DNA of 64,000 bases from Octopus sinensis (lineage: Eukaryota): NCBI RefSeq assembly GCF_006345805.1, contig NC_043001.1, positions 106,392,001-106,456,000 on the forward strand, read 5' to 3'. A program made the translations under genes and the position numbers. The notes under the pieces are model-generated. The model did no database searches. It saw nothing but the letters and a program-made list of their open reading frames with translations, and had not been told where the DNA came from. Shown one piece after another: positions 1-12,986 of the stretch. How positions within the stretch are numbered: the stretch's first letter is position 1; the number at the start of each line of letters is the position of its first letter.

Positions 1-404
1 GTAGCCACCTTGCATATTGTTGCGCATATTTTCAAGAACAATCAAAATATATACAACTCAACTATTACAGTTGATCAAATTTATTGTCACCTACAAAATA
101 CGTTAAGTTTAACACTGTCCTCATAACAACTCATTTTCCTTGTGTATCTTCACGGCGAAATATGTTGCCATGGTGCCGTGTATATGCAGTGTTTCTTTAG
201 TTTGTGTTTGTTTGTTTCTGTTCCATTAGCGTACACTGTGCTTTAATGGTGTGTTCTACGGAACTGAAAAACCACATTGTGCTGTCCACGGACAATGAAT
301 TGAAGGCTTTCTTCAAGATCGAGTTGCAGCCATTTCATATGAATGAGCTAATATATGTATGTATGTGTGTGGTGTTTGTGTGTGTGTTTGTGTGTGTGTG
401 AGTA

Positions 405-444
<40 letters not shown>

Positions 445-574
445 TATATAAATGTATCAGTCTATGTATATGTATTACTGACATTATTCAGTTTTATTTC
501 AAGCTTTCTTGCCAACAGAGAAAGAGCCGGTTTCTAATCCAGATCCAAGACTCCTTCATTGAAATTTCAACATC

Positions 575-880
575 AACAGTTCGGTGGTTGGTATAGCTTT
601 TAATTCCAAAGTTGGAAGCTAGAGCATCCACGATCTTCCATATCTATATTACTACATATCTTTCTCGCCTTCTCTCCAAGGGGAGAGCTTCAGCTTTTGT
701 AGCCTCTCCCAGTAACTCATCTGTTTCAACGAGTCAATCTACTTTATGTAGTGGCGCTGGATTGCCCCAAGTTTTGCCACTTATAACAACCACAGCTGGG
801 AGCAGTAATATAGCTGACTTAGGATGAAGGTCCAACATAGGAGTGGTAAGGTGTCCTTGTTTCTGGTCCTGAATGACCTA
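575..880 (-). mobile_element. Decayed CR1/L2-clade LINE ORF2 C-terminal fragment
   Basis: Minus-strand translation gives ILSQLYYCSQLW...LGAIQRHYIK*IDSLKQMSYWERLQKLKLSPLERRRERY, the post-RT C-terminal motif of CR1/L2 ORF2, with stops. Same motif class as at 32561-32803. Confidence 0.8.
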
Positions 881-1014
881 AAGATCAATCCAGCTACTTG
901 CTGTGCTCTCTTAACTAATGATACTTTATCATTTAAATATGTATACTCCGTTCTGCGTGCGTATTTATGTATATATGTATATTGGTTTCAGATTTGGGTA
1001 CATGGCCAGTAATT

Positions 1015-1195
1015 TCTAAGGGAGGGTTAGTCGATGGCGTCGACCCTAATGCTCAAATAGTGCTTGTTTTATCGACCCCGAGAAGGGCAAATGTAAAGTA
1101 CTCTTCGACAGAATTTGAACTCAGAATGTAAGGTCGGACGAATTGGAGCTTAACACTTTGTTCGACATGCTAACGATATTCCTAGCTCTCTACCT
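1015..1195 (-). mobile_element. Diverged SINE family B copy
   Basis: Contains ttatcgaccccgagaagg...gaatttgaactcagaa...catgctaacgat, collinear with younger family B copies (e.g. 56130-56359). Confidence 0.7.
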
Positions 1196-2434
1196 TGTAT
1201 GTATAATAAATAGTAATAAAATCCATGAGCGTTAGTGAAATTAGGAAAGTACCTCACTTAGTGACATAGAATATTTGGTTACAATTCTTTATATTGTCTC
1301 ATAACAAAACAACAACACTTCTTCTTTGGGGACCACTTGCTGCTAATACTCATGAAGTGAATTTTTAGAAAAAGCATAAGCGTCACTTACTACAGATGAA
1401 ATAATCGTGTACGTCCTTCCTGAAACCCACCGTAGACACGAGGCCACAATATATATATATGACACTATGACTAACTTATATATCAATTGCGGTATTATCG
1501 CAAGTTTAAAAAATATATTTCATCGTTAATCCTCATAGCATGATATTCACTACACATTTTTATAACATCTCCATTTATGTGGCAATAAAAAATACTTTAG
1601 TCGTCATGATATATTGCATATCAAGTCAAATTAATGCATATAGCTTTGCAGTAGGAAACAAGGAATTATTAATCACATTGCTCCGGATTCTTCTTTTATT
1701 CCTTACCTACCACCTTTCCTTTCATACACATCTTCCTGGTTAATCTTCATTTCATTTATATATTTTCTTTTATTCCTTCATTCGAACATGTTGTTTTGTT
1801 TTTATTTTTCCTTACTGTCTTCTTCATTTCCTCCATATTTGCTCTTTCGTTTCTTTATTTTTCCAGAAACTCATTTTTTTTTTTCAGATTCTACATATCT
1901 TATTGTCTTTTCATCCTTTAATTCCTCTCCCCCCACCAATACAACACTTCCTTTCCTCTCTTCTATCTTCCATTCGTTTATTCTTCTTTCTGTATTTACT
2001 ATAGCCACAGTTTTTATCGCTGATGTCTTACTACTCTCATTGTCAATGCTTGTTTCGTTGAGGAAAATGTTAATATATTTACCGTTGTAGAGTCACTGCT
2101 GCTATTGAAGTTGTGGTTGTAATTGTCGATGAAAGATTGCTAACATTATAATATAACTAATAATACTACTGCTCTGTCTTATTGCAATGCTCATATTACT
2201 ACCAGGACTGCTGCTGCTGCTGCTGCTGCTGACATTGCTCTTCTTCCTTCACCTGTCTACTTATGTTCGTTTCTATTTTCTTTATTTCGTTACATTTTCT
2301 TTTGCAGATCTTCTCTCGTTTAACTCCACCACCACTACGCAGGTTCTTCAACCTTCATCGATTTCGTCATTATCTTTATCCTCTAAAACCAGCTTTTTAT
2401 TACGCACATATGCACAGCTCTACATTTTATATAC

Positions 2435-2498
<64 letters not shown>

Positions 2499-2690
2499 GC
2501 ATACACACACACACACACTAATACAAACACGTACAGACGTACATACATATATGTATGTATATACATATTTGTAAGGGCTGCTAAGCATGAACGAGGTTGT
2601 GGTGGCGAACGCGTGAATCAAGCTAGGACAGGAGACAAACAAGAACACGTCTTCCTTCTTCCAGCTACAGCAGAGAGAAAGAAAGATGGC

Positions 2691-2794
<104 letters not shown>

Positions 2795-3053
2795 GGAAAA
2801 AGAGAGAGAGAGAGATTTATCACGTGTTAAGGCCATCTCTATAGATTTTATATTCAAACTGTAGCCAGCACGGATCTTGTTACGACGTTTCTCATCCGGT
2901 ACGGCAAACGTAAACAAGCGATGAGATGGAAGACGAAAATGAAGACTGAGTTTATTGGATAATTAATGGGTTAGACGGGTGCGGATGAAGGAGCAAAAAA
3001 CTTCAGAGATATGACAAAAACGCCCGCTAACTATTTTGGTAATTTGGGGCTAT

Positions 3054-3409
3054 CTCACCCCCATTAAAAAAAATTGGGTTATCTCCCCGGGTTTTACGAG
3101 AAATATCGGTACTTTTCGCTATCTCCTTCAACTAAAAAAAAAATGGTTAACCCTCAATAAAACAAACAAAAAATGAAAAAAAATTAATAAAGATAAAAAG
3201 TGAAAAGATGAAATATCGTTTTGAACCTGATAGTAATTTTATAGCAAATTATACCATTCCTACTGAGGAGGACAAACTTCAACAATGCATTGAAGAATTG
3301 AATCAAAAAGGATCTAACTCTTTTAATGCAATATCTTGTCGCTACAGTAACTCGATTTTTTAGAGGGGAGATAACCCAATTTTTTAATGGCAATTTTTAA
3401 TGGGGGTGA
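3054..3409. repeat. Inverted-repeat-bounded element (MITE-like)
   Basis: ctcacccccattaaaaaaaattgggttatctcccc (3054-3088) is inverted at 3365-3409 with a short internal duplication. No TSD recognised. Confidence 0.45.
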
Positions 3410-4232
3410 AGTAACCAAAAAGTACCCCCATTTTTTTCATCTTTCATTTCATTGTTTGTTTCCATCTGATGTCGCGAGTACGAAATGTTGTAACAAAATC
3501 AACGCTGGCTATTATTTCTGTAGAAAATCTGTAGAGATGACCTGAACACGTGATTTAAGGGCACTGCTAACACACAGGTACACGGTATTGTCTTCAAAAT
3601 ACGTTTAATATACTTTGTAGCATATTATGTTTGCATAACGATTGTATATTTATATTTATATTCCACGACACAATATATATACGCGTCTGTGCAGGTAATA
3701 TCAAAAATGTTTTTCCTGTTCAGGTGTTTTATTAAGAAATTCCCACCATTTTACTTCTAACTACATTTATATCTCTCCATCTCTCTCTCCCTTCTTTCCT
3801 TCTCTCTTTCTCTTCCCTCTCTCTCTCTCCTTTGTCCTTCTCTCCTCCCTCCCTCCCCTTTCTCTCCCCCTCTCTCTCTCACAATATTTGTCTTCCAACC
3901 ATTAACTTACGATTATTTTCTCGCTGAACCTCATAAATATATTATCTGCTGTTCCTTTCCTTATCTCTCTCCTTTTTTCCTTCATGAAATGACCCACTTT
4001 TCAGTTTAACAATTTTCAGATTTCATACTATTTTCTTCTCCAAAACACTCTTCATTCTTCATTTTGTCAATCCAATTCTTTTACTCTCTCAGTTCCTATC
4101 GATACACATGCGTGTTTGTCTATGTGTGCGAGTGAACGTGTATGTATGTATATGTGTGTGTGCCTGTGTGCATGTATATCTTTATATACATCTATCTATA
4201 TATACATATATGTATGTGTATGCGCGCGTGCG

Positions 4233-4286
<54 letters not shown>

Positions 4287-6039
4287 TGCATATGTGTATG
4301 TATTTATATGCGTAAGTATATTGAATATATATTTAATCTGTGAATTATCGCAAATTCCAAAGACCTCCCATCAGCTTCCGTATGCATAAGTTTAAAATTG
4401 ATAAATCACTCTTAATGATTTTTATATACTATAAAAGAGTAAACATTTCGTTCTGCAATTTATATTGTTCTCTATCAGATAAGGCTTTAATTGACATTAA
4501 CTCCCACTATAACCTTAACAGCAATACTATCAGCACAGCTTAATGATTATGTCATTAGAACCAGCGTTTCTAAACTAGACAATGAAGTCGAAACAACGAC
4601 CATCATCACCACCTGCAATTAGCGTTCACTTGTGGTGACAATAAAAATGAAATCACTACTATCACATCTCACCTTATCTGCAATCCATAACGACGCCATC
4701 ATTATCAACGTGCGTCCAACCATCAGCACCTCCACTGTTACCATTCTTAATGCTGCCCACTTTGCAACTAACGTCATCACCTGACTTTGACTGAATCTGA
4801 TTTTGACCGTGCCGTTTGAAAGTTGAATAAAAGCACGCGTATTCAAGACTTAAAATACACCAATCTCGCCAACAACCAGGCAAAAAGAAACTTCCAGGTC
4901 AAGAGATGTAGAGTCATAGGTTCCGTGGGAAAATCTGTTTAAGATCCAATGAAACAACTCTCAGTCCCTGAGATGAATTGGACAAATGCCCTAAAGGTAA
5001 TACCGGAGACAGCTGGATGGTTTTCCAGTTGGATACACACCATTTCAAGGCAATATTTTTGTTTCAACGCTAAGAGTAGCAACTCTGTTGACATTTCACG
5101 GTTACCATGACAAGCAAAGTGTTTCCTTCTTTGCGTGCAAATTGAAAGGTGTATCAATGGAAAAGAATTACAAATAGATAATTTCTGCAAGTGTTTTAAA
5201 TGCACAAGTCTCTGATATCCAATTGGGTGAAAAGTGTCAGCAGAAGGGCACCCGGGAATCGTGATCTTGATGTGGCTTGGCCTTCTTAGAGTGTCAGAAT
5301 TTAAGTGCCGGAACATATGCCTGAGGTGAGTTTCGTCTCTAATGATGTGTTGTTCAGCTGTCTTGAGAGTTTCTTGCCCCCAGCCTACAATGAAACCAAC
5401 ATCATTAATACTACGATAAACTGTTATAGACTAGACTTGATCAACGATCAGCCATGTCTACAGTTATCTTGACTTTCTGTCATTCCATCTTCATACGCCT
5501 AATATTCTCATAAGTCACCTCATCACTACTCAGTAAAAAGTTATGCAGCAATGAATGTCCCTACCCCCACTTCTGGTAGTACAAACAGCTAGAAAAACCA
5601 TACTGGTTTTGAAAGTAGAAGCCATTTGTTACTGTGGTACCCTGTGCAACCAGCTACGCAACAATAAAAAGATGAATTGATCAAAGTTGGAATAATTGTT
5701 GTTCATAGACATATTGGTACGAGAAACCTCAGTTTAAGTAAGAAAAATGACTTCAACGATACACACAGGATATTCCCATGGCAACCAAACTCTCCTTTAC
5801 TCTTATCATTTATTCATATTGCCTGTCAAAACCATCGCAGTTTTCTTATTACAATCGTCAGTCATTGTTTTTATGCTCAAATATATTCTCAAGATACTCA
5901 GGCAGATGTGCAGACATTATATGCATGTGCTCATGCGCACGCGGGTGTATGTGTGTCTCGGTGTGCGTAACTGTATAAAATACTTTTTCAGTATTAGTTC
6001 TTATTTTCTTTTTTATTTCTTTCCAACTGATGTATGTAA

Positions 6040-6043
6040 ATAA

Positions 6044-6074
<31 letters not shown>

Positions 6075-6262
6075 TGTATGTATGTATGTATGTATGTATG
6101 TATGTATGTATGCATGTGTGTATGTATCGACATACAGACAAACAGATAGACTAGATAGATAGACAGAGAGGTAGACAGACAGACAGACAGGCAGGCAGGC
6201 AGGCAGGTAGGTAGGTAGGTAGGTAGGTAGATAGAGAGATAGATAGAGAGATAGAGAGATAG
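6040..6262. repeat. Compound tetranucleotide microsatellite (GTAT)n-(GATA)-(GACA)-(GGCA)-(GGTA)-(GATA/GAGA)
   Basis: Read directly from sequence. Confidence 0.9.
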
Positions 6263-6909
6263 GAATGTGGTTAGTTGTACTGACCGTGTTCCAATTGTCG
6301 TTTCGATTCCCAAGTAGGTGGTGTGTTGAGTTGTTTAGCAAAAGACTTCTTTTCACATTGCTCCTGTCCACTTTGCTGTAAATGTCTAACGCTGAGACGG
6401 TCTGGCTGTCTGTTCATTTAGTGGCATCATTAATACTAACAGTATTAACAGAAATCTATACGAAAATCTGCTTATCTCTCTATAAAAGTACTGTCTAGGT
6501 GAGGGCAGTGCTTTTGTACGCGTAGGGTAGCTGTTCTGCCTACATCTCAGCCAAGCGTCACATACTTCCTTTCTATGTCTTATAGTTTATTCAACCATCC
6601 CAGGCGTATCTACTCACACCTTTTGCAGTTTGACGCAAGAAAATGCATCGTTTTCGTCCGTTGATTAACCTTAAGCGCAGATAAGTGTTTCTTCCCAAGA
6701 GGAAAAATGCTGAACATAGCTGGCACGACAACGTCAATTAGTTTACGATTTTCAATGTTGAAATAAAGGATATTGTAGTGAGCCTTAAGATAGACGCGGC
6801 TCACAATTACACCCTCCCTGTATATGTTAGCAAAAAAACATTGTAATAAAAGCAATCTGGCATAACAGTTGATAATGCTATTGTATTGTGTAGATTCTAC
6901 ACTGTAGAC

Positions 6910-7123
6910 CAGTGCTTTTCAAACTTTTTGCTGGAGCGGAACCCCAAGGAAACATTCCACTGGCTCGAGGAACCCCTGTGCAATAATTTAATAGTCTTAT
7001 GCACACATATCTGCACAGGAGAATTAAAAATTACTGTCGATTTTAGCATTTTTGTAATTTCTTGCGTAACCCCTGGACTGGCGGAACCTTAAGTTTCCGC
7101 GGAACCCTGGTTGAAAACCACTG
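6910..7123. mobile_element. hAT-superfamily MITE (214 bp)
   Basis: Imperfect 15-bp TIRs CAGTGCTTTTCAAAC / GGTTGAAAACCACTG and a perfect 8-bp TSD CTGTAGAC at 6902-6909 and 7124-7131. Confidence 0.9.
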
Positions 7124-7599
7124 CTGTAGACGAAAGACGGTAGCAATCGGCTTATGTCTTTCACATTTGACAACCGTAATGACATGACTGAATTTTCCGT
7201 TTAAATACCATTCCAAGTGTTCCAACCAGCAGGTGGAAGCTTAACAACACTATTTTAACTAATCAAATGTGAAGCTTAGAAGTCACGGTTCCATGAACAA
7301 AGGAAATCAGGTTAGAATTGACAGTGTTTATTTCTTTTATTTCTTTTATACGTTTCAGCCCTGTGGCCATGCTGGATTACCTCCAGTTTATTCATAGAAA
7401 CATTTTAACCGATCAGAAACAACGACAGAGGATTCGGAAACAATGATATATTGAGAGACATTTGATGCACCAAAACGTTAGCCTCACTTGAAGTTTTTTG
7501 AATGAAATGAAGTGCAAATTCTGACTAAAAACCCAGTTCAAATTACAACAGTTTTTTAATAAGATTAATTCTAAACCAATACCAACGTTAATCTTTATA

Positions 7600-8440
7600 T
7601 TATTGTCCACTCAGAAGAACAGGATTAAACGTCTTCTCAATAAAATTCTTTTCGTTCTTCTAACTTTACTTGGATTGTTAAGAGAGTATTGCATATTTCT
7701 ACATGATTGTTCAATGGGGGTCTGGCAATCAATACGGTCTCAAAATTTGTTGCCATTAATGTTTTTGCTGGTCAATAAAAAAATTACCTCACAATACGGT
7801 AATTTGATAGAGTACATGGCGTTTCTGCTTTTGGAGTTCATATATACATTTGGAAATATTCTTCGTCCGGCATTCGTGTTCATATACCGGCATGTACCAC
7901 ATCAGTTCTCCTCGTGTTTGGACACCAAAATTTAAACCAAAATTTACTTTTTCCAACAATTGCTTCGAGTAGGTTTCGAACAGGTGTACGTCCGGTAATT
8001 AAATAGTTCAGTTCGTAACGTTGATGAGAGGTCAGTTTAATTTAATAATGTTAAAAATATGATGATAACACGGATTGTGCGTTACTACAACAGACACAAT
8101 ATTCTGTTTTTCCTTCCTCTTTCTTAGATTGTTCTGTGTTATTCTATAGACGTTTGTTTTGCGCGTTTTCTAAAACTTTTTACAAGTGAAGATGGATATA
8201 TCTGTTTAAGTAGATACACCTTAAGTTCTGTGAGCCATTTGTCCTTGGTATTTCTACCATCAACAATGATACAAATTTCCGTTTTATAGGTGTTGGACGA
8301 CATGATTTCACGTTCAAATACTGATGTGATCTGTGTATTTTTGATAATATATATCAATAGTGGTATTTCCTATAATGACCATTATATCGAAAGTTAGCAT
8401 AAACTGGAAGAAGAGGACAAATGCTTTCGAGAAGCTTAAA
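7600..8440 (-). mobile_element. Decayed Penelope-like retroelement (RT thumb + GIY-YIG endonuclease)
   Basis: Frameshifted minus-strand translation: LTFDIMVIIGNTTIDIYY (cf. PFLD..TDIYYK), EICIIVDGRNTKDKWLTELKVYLLKQIYPSSL, VLYQIT.CGNFFIDQQKH...KNFIEKTFNPVL (GIY-YIG end). Confidence 0.75.
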
Positions 8441-8952
8441 CTCATTCTCAATAACTGAGAATAAGTTTTAGTCGAAAACTGTAAAATCATTAACAGTAAT
8501 ATAAACCTGAATCAGCAAATAAATTCATTTAAAAATATTTACGGCAACGATACAATTTATAGCATGAGGTGTTACTCAAAAGCTGATTGTAGACGTGACT
8601 TCTATTGGTGACTCTGATTGGTTAAAATATTTCCAAAAATAAATGTTTTCAATGTCAACTGCGTTACCACGTTCATGAAGCCGTAATGCCTAAGCCACGC
8701 GCTAATTGGTTAAAATAGTGTCCGTAACACTCAGCTTGCCGGAACTTGCTCAATGATATTTATAGAAAAATTTTACCATCTTCTTAAAGCTGTTACTACG
8801 TAAACAATTATCTGACAATTGCTATAAAACATTTAAAAACACTTGTAATATTGTAATATGTAATAATTGTAAAAAATCTGAAAATACAAAAATAAAATGC
8901 GAAAATCGGATAATATTGCAACGTGATCGACAAATATATTATCTATATAGAC

Positions 8953-9374
8953 GTAGGAGTGGCTGTGTGGTAAGTAGCTTGCTTACGAACCACATGGTTC
9001 CAGATTCAGTCCCACTGTGTGGCACCTTGGGCAAGTGTCTTCTACAATAGCCTTGGGCCGACCAAAGCCATGTGAATGGATTTGTTAGACGGAAACTGAA
9101 CGAAGTCCGTCATATATATATGTATATATATTGTGTGTGTGTGTTTGTGTCTCTGTGTTTATCCCCACCCCCCTCCCCAACATCGCTTGATAACTGATGT
9201 TGGTGTGTTTCCGTCCCCGTAAAGTTAGCGGTTCGGCAAAAAAGCCCGATAGAATAACTACTAGGCTTAGAAAGAATAAGTCCTGGGGACGATTTGCTCG
9301 ACAAAAAGGCGGTGCTCCAGCATGACCACAGTCACATGACTGAAACAAGCAAAAGAGTAAAAGAATAAAAGAAT
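8953..9374 (+). mobile_element. SINE family A (tRNA-derived, full length)
   Basis: A-box-like TGGCTGTGTGG, B-box-like GATTCAGTCCC, central TA/TG microsatellite, tail ggcggtgctccagcatgaccacagtcacatgactgaaac-(AAAAGAAT)n. Many copies in the window. Confidence 0.9.
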
Positions 9375-9442
9375 ATACACAATTTTACACACCCTGAAAA
9401 AATATATACGTATATATATACATATATATATATACATATATA

Positions 9443-9507
<65 letters not shown>

Positions 9508-10300
9508 TGTATGCATAAATGTATACTCGCGCACATTCATACATATGCACATGTAAATATAAAATCAAAAACAAATACCTAAGACATTATGTATTCTGCT
9601 TTTAACACGCACGATATCATTCATGATACTATTTATTCTAAAGTTAACATGCAGATTCGCAAATATATGTTCACATTATTCTATTAATCACACTCTCTGA
9701 ATTTCGAAATATCTTAATTACGCTCTTTCGCGCAATAATCGCGCTTCTTCATTTCATATCTGATGACATTTCCGTGTAATAGCTCCCAGGTTGATTCGTT
9801 CACATGATTCATATTCTATTATAATTTAAAGTGTTACAACATGTTGTTCGCTTCTTCGTTTATTTATTTTTCTCTCCTTTTAACAAATCTTAGCTTTCTA
9901 TATATTTATTACCATTTTCATTACTTTCGTTTCAATATTAATTTAAAAGTTCTCGTTTACGTACTACTGCTAACTTGATACTATAAATGTTAAAACATGA
10001 GAACTGTCGAGTTATGCTATGTTTAAAGAGAACGGTTTAAAGACAGTGTTTTTTTCTTAATCAGTCAAAGTTGAGCGAGTATGTGTGATAAAGTTTATTC
10101 TGTTTATTTTCAGTTATAATATAAACAATTTACATTAATCTGATTGGTTACTTTATACTTCTGTAGAATGCGAATTTATTAGTGTTATATCAGAAGGTTG
10201 TTTACAGTGACTTCGAAATTTCCGCCAGTTAGGCCATCGTCCAGCGATGCAAATTTAGTCAACATCATTCTCATATGAGACTAGAACATGCGTGTGTGTG

Positions 10301-10363
<63 letters not shown>

Positions 10364-10428
10364 ATATTCATACACACACACACACACACACACATATATA
10401 AACACACACATACATATATAGATAGATA

Positions 10429-10570
10429 TTCTTTTATTCTTTTATTTATTTCAGTCATTTGATTGCGGCCATGGACTTATTGTATCGGTCGTTTTTGCCG
10501 AACCGCTAAGTGATGGGGACGTAAACACACTAACATCAGTTGTCAAGCGATGTTGGGATGACAAACACAG

Positions 10571-10609
<39 letters not shown>

Positions 10610-10727
10610 CGACCGGCTTCTTTCAGTTTCTGTCTAACAACTCCATTCACAAGCCTTGGTCGGCCCGAGGTTATAGCAGAAGACTGAACCCGGAACCATG
10701 TGATTGGGAAGCAAGCTTCTTGCCACA

Positions 10728-10736
<9 letters not shown>
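10429..10736 (-). mobile_element. SINE family A with internal deletions
   Basis: Reverse-complement match to 8953-9374, head and tail present. Confidence 0.85.
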
Positions 10737-10761
<25 letters not shown>

Positions 10762-10769
10762 TTATATAT

Positions 10770-10813
<44 letters not shown>

Positions 10814-11274
10814 TGTAAATGTATGTATATAAATATGTATGTATATGTATGTATATATATATATATGTGTGTGTGTATGTGTAGATAAATAATGTGTATA
10901 TATAGAGAGAGGGAGGGGTGAGAGAGATGCATATATGCATGCAAGTGATTCAGCCGTGAAGATTGAATGGTTAATACTTAGAGTTGCAAGAATTGATATA
11001 CATAGCTTATTAAAAGCTGGTTCAGCACAGTTAATTACGCTTTGTTTCCGATCGCTGAATAATTATGAAGAATGGAAAATAAAAATATAAATAATATACG
11101 CACAAAGCCTAAAATTTGGGAAAATAGACCGGCGAGTGCATAGTCTGCAGTTCTTAACTGATATTCTGTTTACTCAACCACGGAACAATAAAAGATAAGG
11201 TTGACTTCGGCGTAAATTCAGCTGAGAACATAAGGCGTCTGAATCAATATCCACAAAATGTTTTCTCTCTTCTC

Positions 11275-12371
11275 TTTCCCGAGGAGGACTTGCGCAAATA
11301 AGCAGACGAACGTCCGTAACAGGTTTTGGTCGAATGAATTAGAATGGTACATTAGGAATTTAGAGGCTGACAATAGACAATATAACCGTTATATGAACAA
11401 TAAACTGAGAGCGAACGTTTGGAGATTTGCCACTAAAAAGAACCTAAGAAATGGTAATAATGAATATAAGAAATAATTTCGGAATATGAAGAACTGGCTG
11501 TATAAATCATGACATGTAAGAACAGAAATAATGGTAGGAGAGTCAACAAATTTGAGTTTTGAAGGGGAAACATATCAAAATATGTTTAGACATGTTTAAA
11601 GGTTAAAATTTGAAGAGAAAAATAATGTTGCAGTGAATTTTCCCGAGGAGGACTAGCGCAAATAAGCAGACGAACGTCCGTAACAGGTTTTGGTCGAATG
11701 AATTAGAATGGTACATTAGGAATTTAGAGGCTGACAATAGACAATATAACCGTTATATGAACAATAAACTGAGAGCGAACGTTTGGAGATTTGCCACTAA
11801 AAAGAACCTAAGAAATGGTAATAATGAATATAAGAAATAATTTCGGAATATGAAGAACTGGCTGTATAAATCATGACATGTAAGAACAGAAATAATGGTA
11901 GGAGAGTCAACAAATTTGAGTTTTGAAGGGGAAACATATCAAAATATGTTTAGACATGTTTAAAGGTTAAAATTTGAAGAGAAAAATAATGTTGCAGTGA
12001 ATTTTCCCGAGGAGGACTAGCGCAAATAAGCAGACGAACGTCCGTAACAGGTTTTGGTCGAATGAATTAGAATGGTACATTAGGAATTTAGAGGCTGACA
12101 ATAGACAATATAACCGTTATATGAACAATAAACTGAGAGCGAACGTTTGGAGATTTGCCACTAAAAAGAACCTAAGAAATGGTAATAATGAATATAAGAA
12201 ATAATTTCGGAATATGAAGAACTGGCTATATAAATCATGACATGTAAGAACAGAAATAATGGTAGGAGAGTCAAAAAATTTGAGTTTTGAAGGGGAAACA
12301 TATCAAAATATGTTTAGACATGTTTAAAGGTTAAAATTTGAAGAGAAAAATAATGTTGCAGTGAATTTTCC
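11275..12371. repeat. Tandem repeat, 3 x 364-bp units
   Basis: gaggaggact(t/a)gcgcaaataagc recurs at 11281, 11645 and 12009. Units differ by only a few substitutions. Confidence 0.95.
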
Positions 12372-12475
12372 TGGATTATCCGCCTGGATGCTTGTAGTTA
12401 GAAATCAAACGTTTTGAAGTATGACATTCAACGCATCATGAGCAATAATAATAATGATAATAATAATAATAATAA

Positions 12476-12915
12476 ATGCCTTGATGCAGTACCAGGCAGT
12501 GACTCTCCTGGCTTCTGAGCTTAACTGATTGGAAGTGTTATCATGTACATTGTTTTGTGTTGGTATAAAAGATGAGCTACAGCAAATATTCTGCTCAATA
12601 CCACAGATTTGCTTGTCAGCCGTTTGACCTTAACCAGTTGAGCATTCCCTTGGTGGCTGACGATATGTGCATCTCTGACCACGAGCAGAAGTAGTGGGGG
12701 AGCATCATAGCCATGTGATGAGATGGATTCTGTGGGGTCTGAATTGTTCACCTCTGGAAACATGGGTTGTTTCCTTAAACAACCCTTATTCAGGGACCTT
12801 TTGAGCGGGATGGGTTACTCGACCAGAAGAAAACTCTAACTAGGCCCCACTTGCAACGTCATGTGCTGCTTATCTTGCGAACATTCTGAGAAGACCCAAT
12901 ATTCTGAGAAGTAAA
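12476..12915 (-). mobile_element. GC-richer interspersed-repeat-like insert bounded by (AAT)n arrays (possible TAA-targeting non-LTR remnant)
   Basis: Sharp composition change, (AAT)n on both sides, terminal hairpin ccagg...cctgg next to the AAT array. Family assignment is not verifiable here. Confidence 0.4.
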
Positions 12916-12954
12916 ACAACAACAACAACAATAATAATAATAATAATAATAATA

Positions 12955-12986
<32 letters not shown>

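Noticed and set aside
4939-5330. Gypsy RT or tyrosine-recombinase assignment
   Set aside because: Only isolated 6-8 residue resemblances in different frames and strands, with no ordered motif series.
11275-12371. CRISPR-like or other repeat-spacer array
   Set aside because: Units are contiguous 364-bp copies with no unique spacers, in a eukaryotic context with no cas genes.
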